Assembly: GCA_963662315.1 (NCBI GenBank)
Contig: OY759353.1
Location: 4,608,001-4,672,000, forward strand
Source of the DNA: Geopsychrobacteraceae bacterium
GTDB taxonomy: Bacteria > Desulfobacterota > Desulfuromonadia > Desulfuromonadales > Geopsychrobacteraceae
DNA: 64,000 nt
Reading direction: 5' to 3'
Under the pieces are notes generated by a model, which saw nothing but the letters and a program-made list of their open reading frames with translations, was not told the DNA's origin and made no database searches. Shown here one piece after another: positions 45,518 through 54,123 of this stretch; the stretch's first letter is position 1, and the number at the start of each line of letters is the position of its first letter. Made by a program: the position numbers and the translations under genes.

Positions 45518-45805
45518 TCAAGCTCCTTTCGTAGCGCTTCTCAAAAGATCTTTGATTTCGTCCCAGATCTGTTCCAATCCCTCTTTTATGTCTTCCCATT
45601 CGTCCTCGGTGGTCATCGCGATACTCTGCAGGTTTTCCGCCGCCTGATCACGCTTCAGTTGCAAGGCTGAAATGGTTTTGGCGTATTCAGCCTTTGCCTC
45701 GTTGGTGGCGTTTTCCGCTTTATCCCTGAGGTGGTCGATCTGCTCATCCCATTCGACCATCTGTGCCGATAGTTTTTCGACGAATTTGGTCCTCTTATCC
45801 TTCAT
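45518..45805 (-). CDS. Small acidic coiled-coil hypothetical protein
   Basis: 95 aa, all-helical pattern; ATGA overlap with the kinase gene. Confidence 0.75.
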   Translation of the reverse strand: MKDKRTKFVEKLSAQMVEWDEQIDHLRDKAENATNEAKAEYAKTISALQLKRDQAAENLQSIAMTTEDEWEDIKEGLEQIWDEIKDLLRSATKGA

Positions 45806-46767
45806 GGCATTCTCCGATTCGTTGACTCCAGGGTAAAAAAGAACGTTGCCCCCTCGCCTTGAACACTTTCGGCCCAGACCCTACCGCCGTGACGCTGGAT
45901 GATTCGCTGCACTGTGGCCAGACCGATGCCATACCCTTCAGCTTTTGCAGAGGAAAGTCGCTGAAAGGGTTTGAACAACCTCTCGGCATCAGCCATCGAA
46001 AAGCCCGGGCCATTGTCTGTGACGAAATAAACCGGTTTTCCATTAATCCTAGTGAGCCCGAATTCGATGACGGCCTCTGCATTTTCTCCGGTAAATTTCC
46101 AGGCATTGCCGATAAGATTTTCCAGAACCAGACTGCACAGGTCAGGATTGGCGTTGACCCAAATTCCCTCAGAAATTTTGAAACTGACCTGGCGTTCAAG
46201 TGTCATTAACTTCAATTCCGTAGCCAGCTTTTTCGCCAACCCACTCAGATCAACCCTTTTCCGACGCGGTTCACAGTGGGCACCGCCGAAAAAACTGAGA
46301 AGGTAGTCGATGCGTCGACTCATATGCAGGGATATTTCTTGAATTTCTTGAAGATATTCTCTGAAACGCTCGTCGGTTTGGGCGTCGCAGAGCTCCTGAA
46401 GGCACTGGGCATAACAACTGATAAGCGTAAGTGGCTGGCGCAGGTCGTGGGACACGGTGGAGTTGAATCTTTCCAGTTCGAGGTTCGCGGCCTCCAACTC
46501 ATCCCTGGTTTTGGTGAGTTCGGCGTTCTGAATCTCCAGTTCGATCTGGTGCAGCTGAAGTTCGTGAAGAAGTTTCAGCTGATTCTCCTCACGAAGGGGG
46601 AATGAGGTTTGCTCACTTTGCTCACTAAGCTTTTTTTCCGCCAGCCGCCGCAGAGGTTCTGCTGATGTTTCATATGCATCTAAACTTTGCCGGTGGAGCG
46701 ATCGCACTGTTAATGCAGGTGGCAACAGCTTGTTTTTGTGCTGTTCCTGTTGTTTATCGTTGGCCAT
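45802..46767 (-). CDS. Cytoplasmic histidine kinase lacking a recognisable sensor domain
   Basis: SHDLRQPL H-box, ENLIGNAWKF, DNGPGF, GIGL. Confidence 0.9.
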   Translation of the reverse strand: MANDKQQEQHKNKLLPPALTVRSLHRQSLDAYETSAEPLRRLAEKKLSEQSEQTSFPLREENQLKLLHELQLHQIELEIQNAELTKTRDELEAANLELERFNSTVSHDLRQPLTLISCYAQCLQELCDAQTDERFREYLQEIQEISLHMSRRIDYLLSFFGGAHCEPRRKRVDLSGLAKKLATELKLMTLERQVSFKISEGIWVNANPDLCSLVLENLIGNAWKFTGENAEAVIEFGLTRINGKPVYFVTDNGPGFSMADAERLFKPFQRLSSAKAEGYGIGLATVQRIIQRHGGRVWAESVQGEGATFFFTLESTNRRMP

Positions 46768-46841
46768 AATTCCCTCCCAAATTTAAATGTTTTTGACCTG
46801 ATGGATACGGAAATACTCAGACATCCGAGACTGTTTTTTTC

Positions 46842-47593
46842 TCATTCTTCCTGGCCGTCGAACAGGCCACTCGCCATGATTTGTTCGGTGACCTTTCGGA
46901 AGTGGTAGCCATAGACGGCATAGGTAATAGCCAGCGGGAACAGGCGCGGTTTTATACAGAGAGACCAGAAAAACAGTTTCCAGTAATACCTCCGCCCCTT
47001 GCCGAGGATCCCCATCAGCAGAACCGATTTAAAAAACTCCCCGATATGCCCCTGCAGTAGATGGAAGCGTCCCTGCGCGCTCGGGCCGATATTCGCGAAA
47101 AAGTCGAATCACCCGCTGGTAGAACTGCCTAGGGCATAAATCGTGGCGAGAATTCTTTGATAACCGGCAATGAGGGTCTCTGGTGGCATGCGCGGGACGT
47201 AGTTGATATCAATGGCAGGGTGATTTCCCCTTCCCCCAAAACCAGGTGGTCGACGTCGGGGAAATCCTCATGGCATGACGTAAACAGCGGGCTCCCGCCG
47301 ACCGTCTTCACCCCCAGGTGCAGGCACTGATCGATTACCTCTCGCGCTGATGGGCGCTGGATGCTCATTGCGCTGATGAAGACATAATCTGTCCAGTTCA
47401 AATCTGTGGCGGTAATAGAGTGCACGTTCATATCGATCAGCCGCTTATCCCACGTCCCAGGCAGCATCGGTGCCACTGTCAATATCCCCAAGGGTGGAAA
47501 GCTTGCCTTGCGGTCGATGAATTTCATGGCATAGCGAAAACTCCAGAAGGTGGCGGGATAACGAGGGTAGACAAGAAGAATTTTCATGGGCAC
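46842..47593 (-). pseudogene. B12-binding radical SAM / DUF4070 gene with internal deletion and frameshifts
   Basis: N-terminal TFWSF...PPLG...GEGE joins directly, out of frame, to C-terminal INYVP...YAVYGYHFRK; no CxxxCxxC. Confidence 0.85.
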
Positions 47594-47614
47594 TCTCCCG
47601 GCAGACGGCTGCAG

Positions 47615-47929
47615 CTATTTGACAACCAGGTCGTTTTTTATCTCAACGACCCCCTCGACACCGCGAGCGACCTCACCCGCCTTTTTGACGCTCTCCGCCG
47701 AATCGACAAAGCCACTTAACTGAACTTCCCCTTTGAAGGTTTCGACATTGATCTGCAGGCTTTTCAGGGTTGGTTCGCTAAAGATGGCTGTTTTCACCTT
47801 GGTAGTGATGATGGAGTTGTCGAAATACTGGCCGGTGCTTTCCTGTTTGCTGGTGGACGCACACCCCGTAAAAGCGGCGAACAGGATCAAGCAGGCCAGA
47901 ATGGTCATAAAACAATTCATTCTGAACAT
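47615..47929 (-). CDS. BON-domain (OsmY-like) lipoprotein
   Basis: Lipobox FTGC; ITTKVK...VETFKGEVQLSGFV. Confidence 0.92.
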   Translation of the reverse strand: MFRMNCFMTILACLILFAAFTGCASTSKQESTGQYFDNSIITTKVKTAIFSEPTLKSLQINVETFKGEVQLSGFVDSAESVKKAGEVARGVEGVVEIKNDLVVK

Positions 47930-48009
47930 AACGGTCTCCTTCTGTCTGTGTTGATAGTGATTTGGTTTCTTTCCTGTCAGGAGGCAATTCGACTCGGAAT
48001 TCCCAGCCC

Positions 48010-48321
48010 CTATGCTGCTATTGGCTCCAATCCCCCTGTTGCGATAACAGTGTTGATCCTGATTTCTGGCTCGATCGAATGCAGTTTCATCACCTCGAAC
48101 AGAACTTTGAAATGGCCTGACCTGAGATGGGTGGTAAGAGCTTCATTGTTTTTCCACTCCTGAGCGAAGATAACAATATCGTCAGCCTTAATATCCAGAA
48201 AGCAGTGGCAGTTTAAGCAGTCCTTCTCGTTGCGGATCGGGTTGCGTAGATCTCTGATGGCTTGCGGGATTTCATTGCGTTTATCCGCAGACACCGTCAT
48301 TCTGATGGTGTCATTTACCAT
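48010..48321 (-). CDS. ABM-family (putative quinol monooxygenase) protein, copy A
   Basis: EKDCLNC...QEW...HLRS pattern. Confidence 0.8.
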   Translation of the reverse strand: MVNDTIRMTVSADKRNEIPQAIRDLRNPIRNEKDCLNCHCFLDIKADDIVIFAQEWKNNEALTTHLRSGHFKVLFEVMKLHSIEPEIRINTVIATGGLEPIAA

Positions 48322-48483
48322 CAGCGTTTCCCCTGGTTGTTTGAGTTCTATGCCAAGTTCATCTCCACAGATTGACGGCAGGCTATTTTTTGAACATGCC
48401 AGAAATGGTCAAAACCATGGCAACGTGAAGCCTTGGCCTGAATGCAAGCAGGCCCAATTTTCGATAGAGCGGGACGCTGTGAG

Positions 48484-48639
48484 CTAAATCCTGCCAAACA
48501 GCATCAGGATAAGAAAAATCAAGAGGAGCAGGCCAAACCCGCCACTTGGATAGAAACCCCATTGACGGCTGTGAGGCCAGGTCGGCAGTGCGCCCAACAA
48601 CAGCAAGAGGATGACGACGATCAGTATTGTTCCCAGCAT
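48484..48639 (-). CDS. DUF3309-family small membrane protein (51 aa, absent from ORF track)
   Basis: MLGTILIVVILLLLLGALPTWPHSRQWGFYPSGGFG; RBS AAGGAG. Confidence 0.88.
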   Translation of the reverse strand: MLGTILIVVILLLLLGALPTWPHSRQWGFYPSGGFGLLLLIFLILMLFGRI

Positions 48640-48680
48640 GGTGATACTCCTTTATTTCGTGTTTCTCCTTTACATTATTC

Positions 48681-48695
48681 GCAATTCACATGCCG
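48681..48695 (-). promoter_or_regulatory. Sigma-54 promoter P1
   Basis: CGGCAT-GTGAA-TTGC on minus strand. Confidence 0.85.
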
Positions 48696-48791
48696 TAAAT
48701 GAACTGTAGTCATGAAATAGTTATCGACCTGTTTTTCATGGGAAAAGACGGGATCAAAAGGACGAGGTCATTGCAGAGCCTTCATGGCCGA

Positions 48792-48825
48792 CCGTCACAT
48801 TTAACATAACCGCCATATATGGCAG
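48792..48825 (-). promoter_or_regulatory. 34-bp tandem-palindrome enhancer (UAS) for P1
   Basis: CCGTCACATTTAACATAACCGCCATATATGGCAG; recurs at four other sites. Confidence 0.8.
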
Positions 48826-48895
48826 ATCGGAGTGATCTCCGGATAACGCAAAACCTGGTGGTCTACATCAAGGGTTTAAAAATTTCTTTTTGAGT

Positions 48896-49189
48896 TCAGG
48901 TTGCTGATAGTGGGTGCACAGTGTCCATTTCCCATAAGGCGAACCTCTCCTTGAAATACCCAGCGGGGGGAAAATACTCAAAAAAGCTGCACAGAAACAG
49001 GCCGACCAGGAAAGTTAGTAACGCTGTAGACGGGTGAACGTCAGGGTATTGTAATCCCGTAGCAACCAGTAAAATCCCAACCGGAATATCAAGAAAGAAT
49101 TCACCCCAATAGTTTTCCGAAGTCTGCGACATCTTCATCATGGTTTCCAGAGCGATATCAAGCTGCCGTTTCAGCGCATATCTCAACAT
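48896..49189 (-). pseudogene. Truncated, frameshifted fatty acid hydroxylase/sterol desaturase paralog
   Basis: NYWGEF...SFFEYF matches 61255-61851, then frameshift and truncation. Confidence 0.85.
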
Positions 49190-49295
49190 ACCTCAACCAT
49201 CCCCCAGTACGACGTTGTCATCCCGGCAATAATACCTCTCTTCTGAGAAATACCTTCAAAACTCAACCTTGAAAACTGAAGAATCTCTCAGGCAC

Positions 49296-49329
49296 TCGTC
49301 ATATTCTGCAGATATGTTAAATATGACAG
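49296..49329 (+). promoter_or_regulatory. 34-bp enhancer (UAS) for P2, inverted copy
   Basis: Reverse complement reads CTGTCATATTTAACATATCTGCAGAATATGACGA. Confidence 0.75.
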
Positions 49330-49374
49330 ATTTTCCCGGTATCTCGCACCTTATTTTTCTAAAAATTTAAATAT

Positions 49375-49387
49375 AATCAGTAGTTTG
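49375..49387 (+). promoter_or_regulatory. IHF-like binding site
   Basis: AATCAG-TAGT-TTG matches WATCAR-N4-TTR, with an upstream AT tract, between UAS and P2. Confidence 0.65.
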
Positions 49388-49413
49388 CTTAAATTTAAGA
49401 TGGTCGGAATCAG

Positions 49414-49428
49414 TGGCATGCATGTTGC
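49414..49428 (+). promoter_or_regulatory. Sigma-54 promoter P2
   Basis: TGGCAT-GCATG-TTGC. Confidence 0.85.
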
Positions 49429-49794
49429 GATTTGACTTTGTCAGATGAACATTATTTCAATGAAGACTAGAGTTTTTCGGATGTCGGAAACAGATAATTG
49501 CTGGGACAGTGAGCAGAGACTTCAGGGGCAGTTTTTTGACCGGTTCCTTTGACGGGAATCGCCGGCAGTGGAGAATGACCGATAGCACCCCTGTAATGGG
49601 TGACGAAAAAGTTTCTGGTTATCGAGTTCTCTTTTCGGACTGTGGGGCCAGAATTTTCTCAGCAGCAGGATAAATGTTTAATGGGACGCTGAAGAGTTCC
49701 TGGAAAACAGTCGTGCTTAATGCCATTTTCTGGGTCTGTTTTCCCCGTAGGGAGAATCGGCTCAAACCGCACCCGCAAACCATGGGAGAAACGG

Positions 49795-50184
49795 ATGACA
49801 TTGGAAAATCTTGAACTTTGGCAAGGGGCATGGACCATTAAGACCCAGCACTATCATGGAAAACTCATTATCAACGATGTTCTGGATGATACCGAAGAAG
49901 GTATCCTTAGAGGCACCCTGATCCTTAAAAAAGGCGAACATGATAAGTTGTTCTATAATTTCGGAGTGTCAATTGCGCTCGATCGGGTTGACTCTGACAA
50001 AATTGTCTTTACCGGGAGAGACCAGCGGAGTCTGGATGAGAGAAGTTATTCCATTTTTGTCTTGCTGGTTCGTTACACCCAGCCAAAAGGTGTGGGAAAT
50101 CGAGCGATAGGATATTTCCAGTTAGAGGACGGACCAGACCAGGCAGAAGGACATAAACAACCAATAGAAGCCACTAAGGATTGA
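49795..50184 (+). CDS. Hypothetical beta-rich protein (129 aa)
   Basis: RBS GGGAGA; full-length paralog remnant at 62230-62620 supports this start. Confidence 0.75.
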   Translation: MTLENLELWQGAWTIKTQHYHGKLIINDVLDDTEEGILRGTLILKKGEHDKLFYNFGVSIALDRVDSDKIVFTGRDQRSLDERSYSIFVLLVRYTQPKGVGNRAIGYFQLEDGPDQAEGHKQPIEATKD

Positions 50185-50235
50185 GACTCTTTTCTTTTTG
50201 CTGCTGCGTTTGAGAGAGTGGCCTTCGGGGTTACC

Positions 50236-51666
50236 ATGAATGACAAGAAAAAAAATAAAACACCTTTCTTGAGCGAAAGGACCGAGTTTCGGTTGCGCGC
50301 AAAAGAGTGGTCCGCAGAGTTAAATCAGCCCCGGGGCGAGAATGAAATGCGAAGGCTTGTTCAGAAACTTGAGATCCACCAGGTTGAACTAACGATGCAA
50401 AACGGTGAATTGCGCCGGGTTCAGGAAGAGCTTGAGCTATCTCGAAACACCTATACAGAACTCTACGATTTTGCGCCAATCGGTTATTTCACCCTGGACG
50501 TTCAGGGGCAGATCCAGAACGTCAATCTGGCCGGCACCCAACTGCTGGGGAAGAAACGGCAGCAGGTGCTGAATAAACCCTTAATTGGGTTTATTGTCGA
50601 TACAAACGGGAAGGACCTGTTTTTAAAGCATTTCGACAACGTTTTGCAGATTGACGGCATGCAGAGATGTGATATCAGCCTTAAGGGCAAAAACGACCGT
50701 CAGCTCAACGTTCTGCTGCAGAGTGTCAGGTTGCCGACCCGAAACGGTGAAAAAACATGCATACTAACCGCAATTGTGGATAACACAACTGCTAAGCTCG
50801 CTGAAGAGCGTTTGAAAGACGTGAGTTGGCAGCAGCAGGCGGTTCTTAATAATATACGTGATAGCGTATGGCTGAAGGACCGGAACGGCAGGTATACCCT
50901 CGTAAATCATTCTTTTTGTCAAACCCTTGATGTCTGTCCCGAGGATCTGATCGGAAAAACCGACTTTGATGTTTATCCGCATGGTCAGGCAGAAAGATAC
51001 CAGAAGGCCTTCCTCAAAGTTCTGGCAACCGGCAGCTGCAACTTTTGCGAAGAGTCAAAGGAATGTCCATCTGGGGGGATCAACTACAAGGAAAAAGTCT
51101 TATCTCCTCTCTTCGATGACGCCGGCAGTATTATCAGTATCCTCGGCGTCGACCATGATGTTACCGATCGCAAGGAGATCGAAAATTCACTCCTCCACAA
51201 AAGCACTCACGATGGCTTGACCGGCCTCTATAACCGGGCATTTTTCGACGGAGAAATTGAACGGCTGGCTCTGGGTCGAGAGTTTCCAATTAGCATCGTG
51301 ATGGCCGATATCAATGGTTTGAAGACGGTTAACGACTCCCTCGGTCACGCAGCAGGGGACGAGCTGATTCAGTTGGTCGGCCAGATTATACATCATTCTT
51401 TTAGAGCCGAGGACATTGTGGCGCGAATTGGGGGAGATGAATTTGCCATTCTCCTGCCGGGTGCCGACAGCGATGTTGCTGAAGAAGCTGTCGGGAGGAT
51501 TTTAAGCTGTGAGAACGTCAAAAATGGACAGGTCGGTATTGCCTTTGGCATTGCAACCGCCGAGAATAAAGAGCAGCTGATTGATGCTTTAAAACTCGGA
51601 GACGAGAAGATGTATCATATGAAACTGACACAAAAAGAATCACAGATAAAGAAAAATTCCTTCTGA
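50236..51666 (+). CDS. PAS-PAS-GGDEF diguanylate cyclase
   Basis: RAED I-site, intact GGDEF, two PAS domains. Confidence 0.92.
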   Translation: MNDKKKNKTPFLSERTEFRLRAKEWSAELNQPRGENEMRRLVQKLEIHQVELTMQNGELRRVQEELELSRNTYTELYDFAPIGYFTLDVQGQIQNVNLAGTQLLGKKRQQVLNKPLIGFIVDTNGKDLFLKHFDNVLQIDGMQRCDISLKGKNDRQLNVLLQSVRLPTRNGEKTCILTAIVDNTTAKLAEERLKDVSWQQQAVLNNIRDSVWLKDRNGRYTLVNHSFCQTLDVCPEDLIGKTDFDVYPHGQAERYQKAFLKVLATGSCNFCEESKECPSGGINYKEKVLSPLFDDAGSIISILGVDHDVTDRKEIENSLLHKSTHDGLTGLYNRAFFDGEIERLALGREFPISIVMADINGLKTVNDSLGHAAGDELIQLVGQIIHHSFRAEDIVARIGGDEFAILLPGADSDVAEEAVGRILSCENVKNGQVGIAFGIATAENKEQLIDALKLGDEKMYHMKLTQKESQIKKNSF

Positions 51667-51808
51667 ACATCTTCTGCTCTATTCGCTGTGAATAGCGTCC
51701 TTGATGATCTGAAAGGGCGAACGAGGTGAAAGAACTAAGATAGACGACTTCTTGCTCAGAAATCTCTACACAACGAGTTCTTTTCATGATCTTGTTTACA
51801 ATGTTAAA

Positions 51809-51855
51809 AACGAGACCATGTTCGCCCACTGTTTCCGGATGGACATGGCCTCGTT
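51809..51855 (-). terminator. Terminator after the OmpA-family gene
   Basis: 15-bp imperfect stem AACGAGACCATGTTC/GGACATGGCCTCGTT with T run on minus strand. Confidence 0.6.
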
Positions 51856-51878
51856 GCATTCTTGACTGGAGCCTCGAG

Positions 51879-53462
51879 TTACTGAACTTGTCCTTTTGGT
51901 GTAATGATCAGGTCGATGCGGCGGTTTTGAGCGCGCCCCTCGGCTGTTGCGTTAGGGGAAAGCGGTCGGCTCGGACCGTAGCCCACTGCCGTTACTTTAT
52001 CCTCGCTGGTCAACGCGTTTGCAAGTAAGTATTCACGGACCGCCTCGGCTCGCCTCTGGGAGAGGTGATTGTTCAGTTCTAGGGTACCCGTCGAGTCGGT
52101 ATGACCTTCAATCGTCACCCCAGGGTTATCGAAGCTGCGAATCGCAAGCTGCACCTTACTCAGGAGCGCGTAATTTTCTGGCATGATGATCGATTGCCCA
52201 ACCGGGAAACTCATCCCCCGGAGACGCACCACCATTTGCTGCCCCTGTTTGTAACATTCGGCTTCATCCGTTGTGAAAAGAACCTGAACCTGGTTGTACT
52301 GTTCGTTGAATTTCCGCTCGCTGGTTAATTTATCTTCGATCGCCTGTTTCTCGAATTCCAGACGTTCCCGCTCAGCTCGTTTTACCATTTCAACCCTCTC
52401 TTTTTGCCCCACTTCTGTTGCCAATTTTGCTTGAAGGTTGGAAATTTCCGCGCTGTGCTTCTGGCGGAGGGCCGAAATTTCATTCTGCTGGGAAATCAGC
52501 AGGCTGTCAATTTTGGTTTGCTGTTTTTTGCTTTTTTCAGATAAAAAATCGCGGTCTGTTTTCAGGGCACTGGAAGCTCCCAGAATGTTGGAAATCTGGA
52601 TCTTCGTGGGTTGGTTACGCATGTCCGGAGCCCCGAGCTTTCGCGAGGTGTTCTCAATTACTTCTTCTGTCCAAAGAGCAATCTCAATCGGCTGCATATT
52701 GCGAAAGGTCTCGCTCTGTCGCGTCAATTGGAGGAGGCGGTTGGCCTGAAATAAGGCGGCGGTGGCCTTCAGGTGCATCTCCTCCTTGGCGTAGGGATTC
52801 GCTGAAATAAAGGCATCTACGTCCTGAAGCTCCTTCCGGGTTTGAGCAAAGATCTTGGGCGCTAACTTTTTGGCTCCTTCATCCTCTGCCTGGGTGAGAA
52901 GCTTGCGTACCTCCCCCAAAGTTGTTTCTTTGATGGCTCTGATCTCAAGCCCCCTGAAGCTATTGACAACTTTTTGCTCGTTACGTTGTGCGTAATTCAG
53001 GTTGTTATTCTCTATTTCGCCTGTCAGATTGAGGAACTGCTCCTCTGCCTCGGTATAGTCCTGGCCAAACGCCGTGGCTCCAGCTGCGCGAGCCAGATCC
53101 CGCCCCTTGATGGCCTCAGGGATGACAGTACGGGAGATATTGGCCATTTCAAGAGCTTTTGTGATTTCTGCGCGGCCCCTGGAAATATCTGCGCCGATTG
53201 TCCCCATTTCGCCCTTTTCAGCGATAAGTTTTCTTGCCTCGCCCATGGAGGCTTCGGCTTTCATAAACCAGGTCGGGGACAGCAGGTTGACCTGCTGTTG
53301 CCGGGCGTTGGCAATTTCGGCCTGGAGTTTACCGACCTCTTCGCTAGGATTGGCGGTTACCGGAATGGGCTTAAGTTTTAACTGGGATCCTGCGCATGCC
53401 GCTATGAAAAGCAGCCCCGCAAATATGAGAGATTTCACGAAATTGATCCAGATTCTGTGCAT
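51879..53462 (-). CDS. OmpA C-terminal-domain lipoprotein with long helical N-terminal region
   Basis: Lipobox IAAC, IEGHTDSTG, LSQRRA, NRRID; RBS AAGGAG. Confidence 0.9.
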   Translation of the reverse strand: MHRIWINFVKSLIFAGLLFIAACAGSQLKLKPIPVTANPSEEVGKLQAEIANARQQQVNLLSPTWFMKAEASMGEARKLIAEKGEMGTIGADISRGRAEITKALEMANISRTVIPEAIKGRDLARAAGATAFGQDYTEAEEQFLNLTGEIENNNLNYAQRNEQKVVNSFRGLEIRAIKETTLGEVRKLLTQAEDEGAKKLAPKIFAQTRKELQDVDAFISANPYAKEEMHLKATAALFQANRLLQLTRQSETFRNMQPIEIALWTEEVIENTSRKLGAPDMRNQPTKIQISNILGASSALKTDRDFLSEKSKKQQTKIDSLLISQQNEISALRQKHSAEISNLQAKLATEVGQKERVEMVKRAERERLEFEKQAIEDKLTSERKFNEQYNQVQVLFTTDEAECYKQGQQMVVRLRGMSFPVGQSIIMPENYALLSKVQLAIRSFDNPGVTIEGHTDSTGTLELNNHLSQRRAEAVREYLLANALTSEDKVTAVGYGPSRPLSPNATAEGRAQNRRIDLIITPKGQVQ

Positions 53463-53820
53463 ATATTTCTCCTTTTGCTGCAGACAAAAATGCCGCAGAG
53501 GGACGATGGTTTGCTTCTGATCCAGGTGCTGCCTCAATGATGCTGAGGCCTGTACATTTTTTTCAGGGATGATTGAAATTTAATCTGCAAAATAAGCTGC
53601 AGTGCGACCAATAACGGCCAAACCCACATCATTTCGTAAGTTGTCATAACAACGAGTGCCTTTTTAGCTCCGCTTTCCCTCTTCGAATGTCCCGGTTCGC
53701 TTGTGGATGCTTTAGAGCTTTGAAGTTTGTTTATCATTTGCCCCGTGCCTGTCGGATTTCAATTCCGGGGGGAGAGAAATTCACCGTGGATATCAGATTG
53801 GATGCCAGTGTTTTATATGA

Positions 53821-53835
53821 GCAACAAGTGTGCCT
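53821..53835 (-). promoter_or_regulatory. Sigma-54 promoter P3
   Basis: AGGCAC-ACTTG-TTGC on minus strand. Confidence 0.8.
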
Positions 53836-53931
53836 GAGCGGGCAGGTAAAGAAAATGCGTGCAATGGATTGAATTTACTAGGTAGAGGAAGCGCGAATGT
53901 GGTGCTTGCAGGAACAATCCGACGGTGGTGT

Positions 53932-53965
53932 CCGTCACATATAACATAACCTCCAAATATGACAG
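53932..53965 (-). promoter_or_regulatory. 34-bp enhancer (UAS) for P3
   Basis: CCGTCACATATAACATAACCTCCAAATATGACAG. Confidence 0.8.
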
Positions 53966-54123
53966 GGCCGTGGTATCCTGAGGTGCGGCCTGGTTGATGC
54001 GAAAGAAGACATAAGCGATGGCGGGACTCTCGCCGAAACAGTGTCCCCAGAAGATTTATCCACACCGCTTGGCAGGACCGTCAATTGCCTATCTTTCGGT
54101 CCTGTATATAATGATATCCTTTA

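Noticed and set aside
48821..48878. Resemblance to a c-di-GMP-I (GEMM) riboswitch: GGCAGA-stem-ACGCAAAAC-stem
   Set aside because: The second stem is too short and lacks the receptor segment, no plus-strand gene follows closely, it overlaps the UAS, and it is not conserved in cassette copy B.
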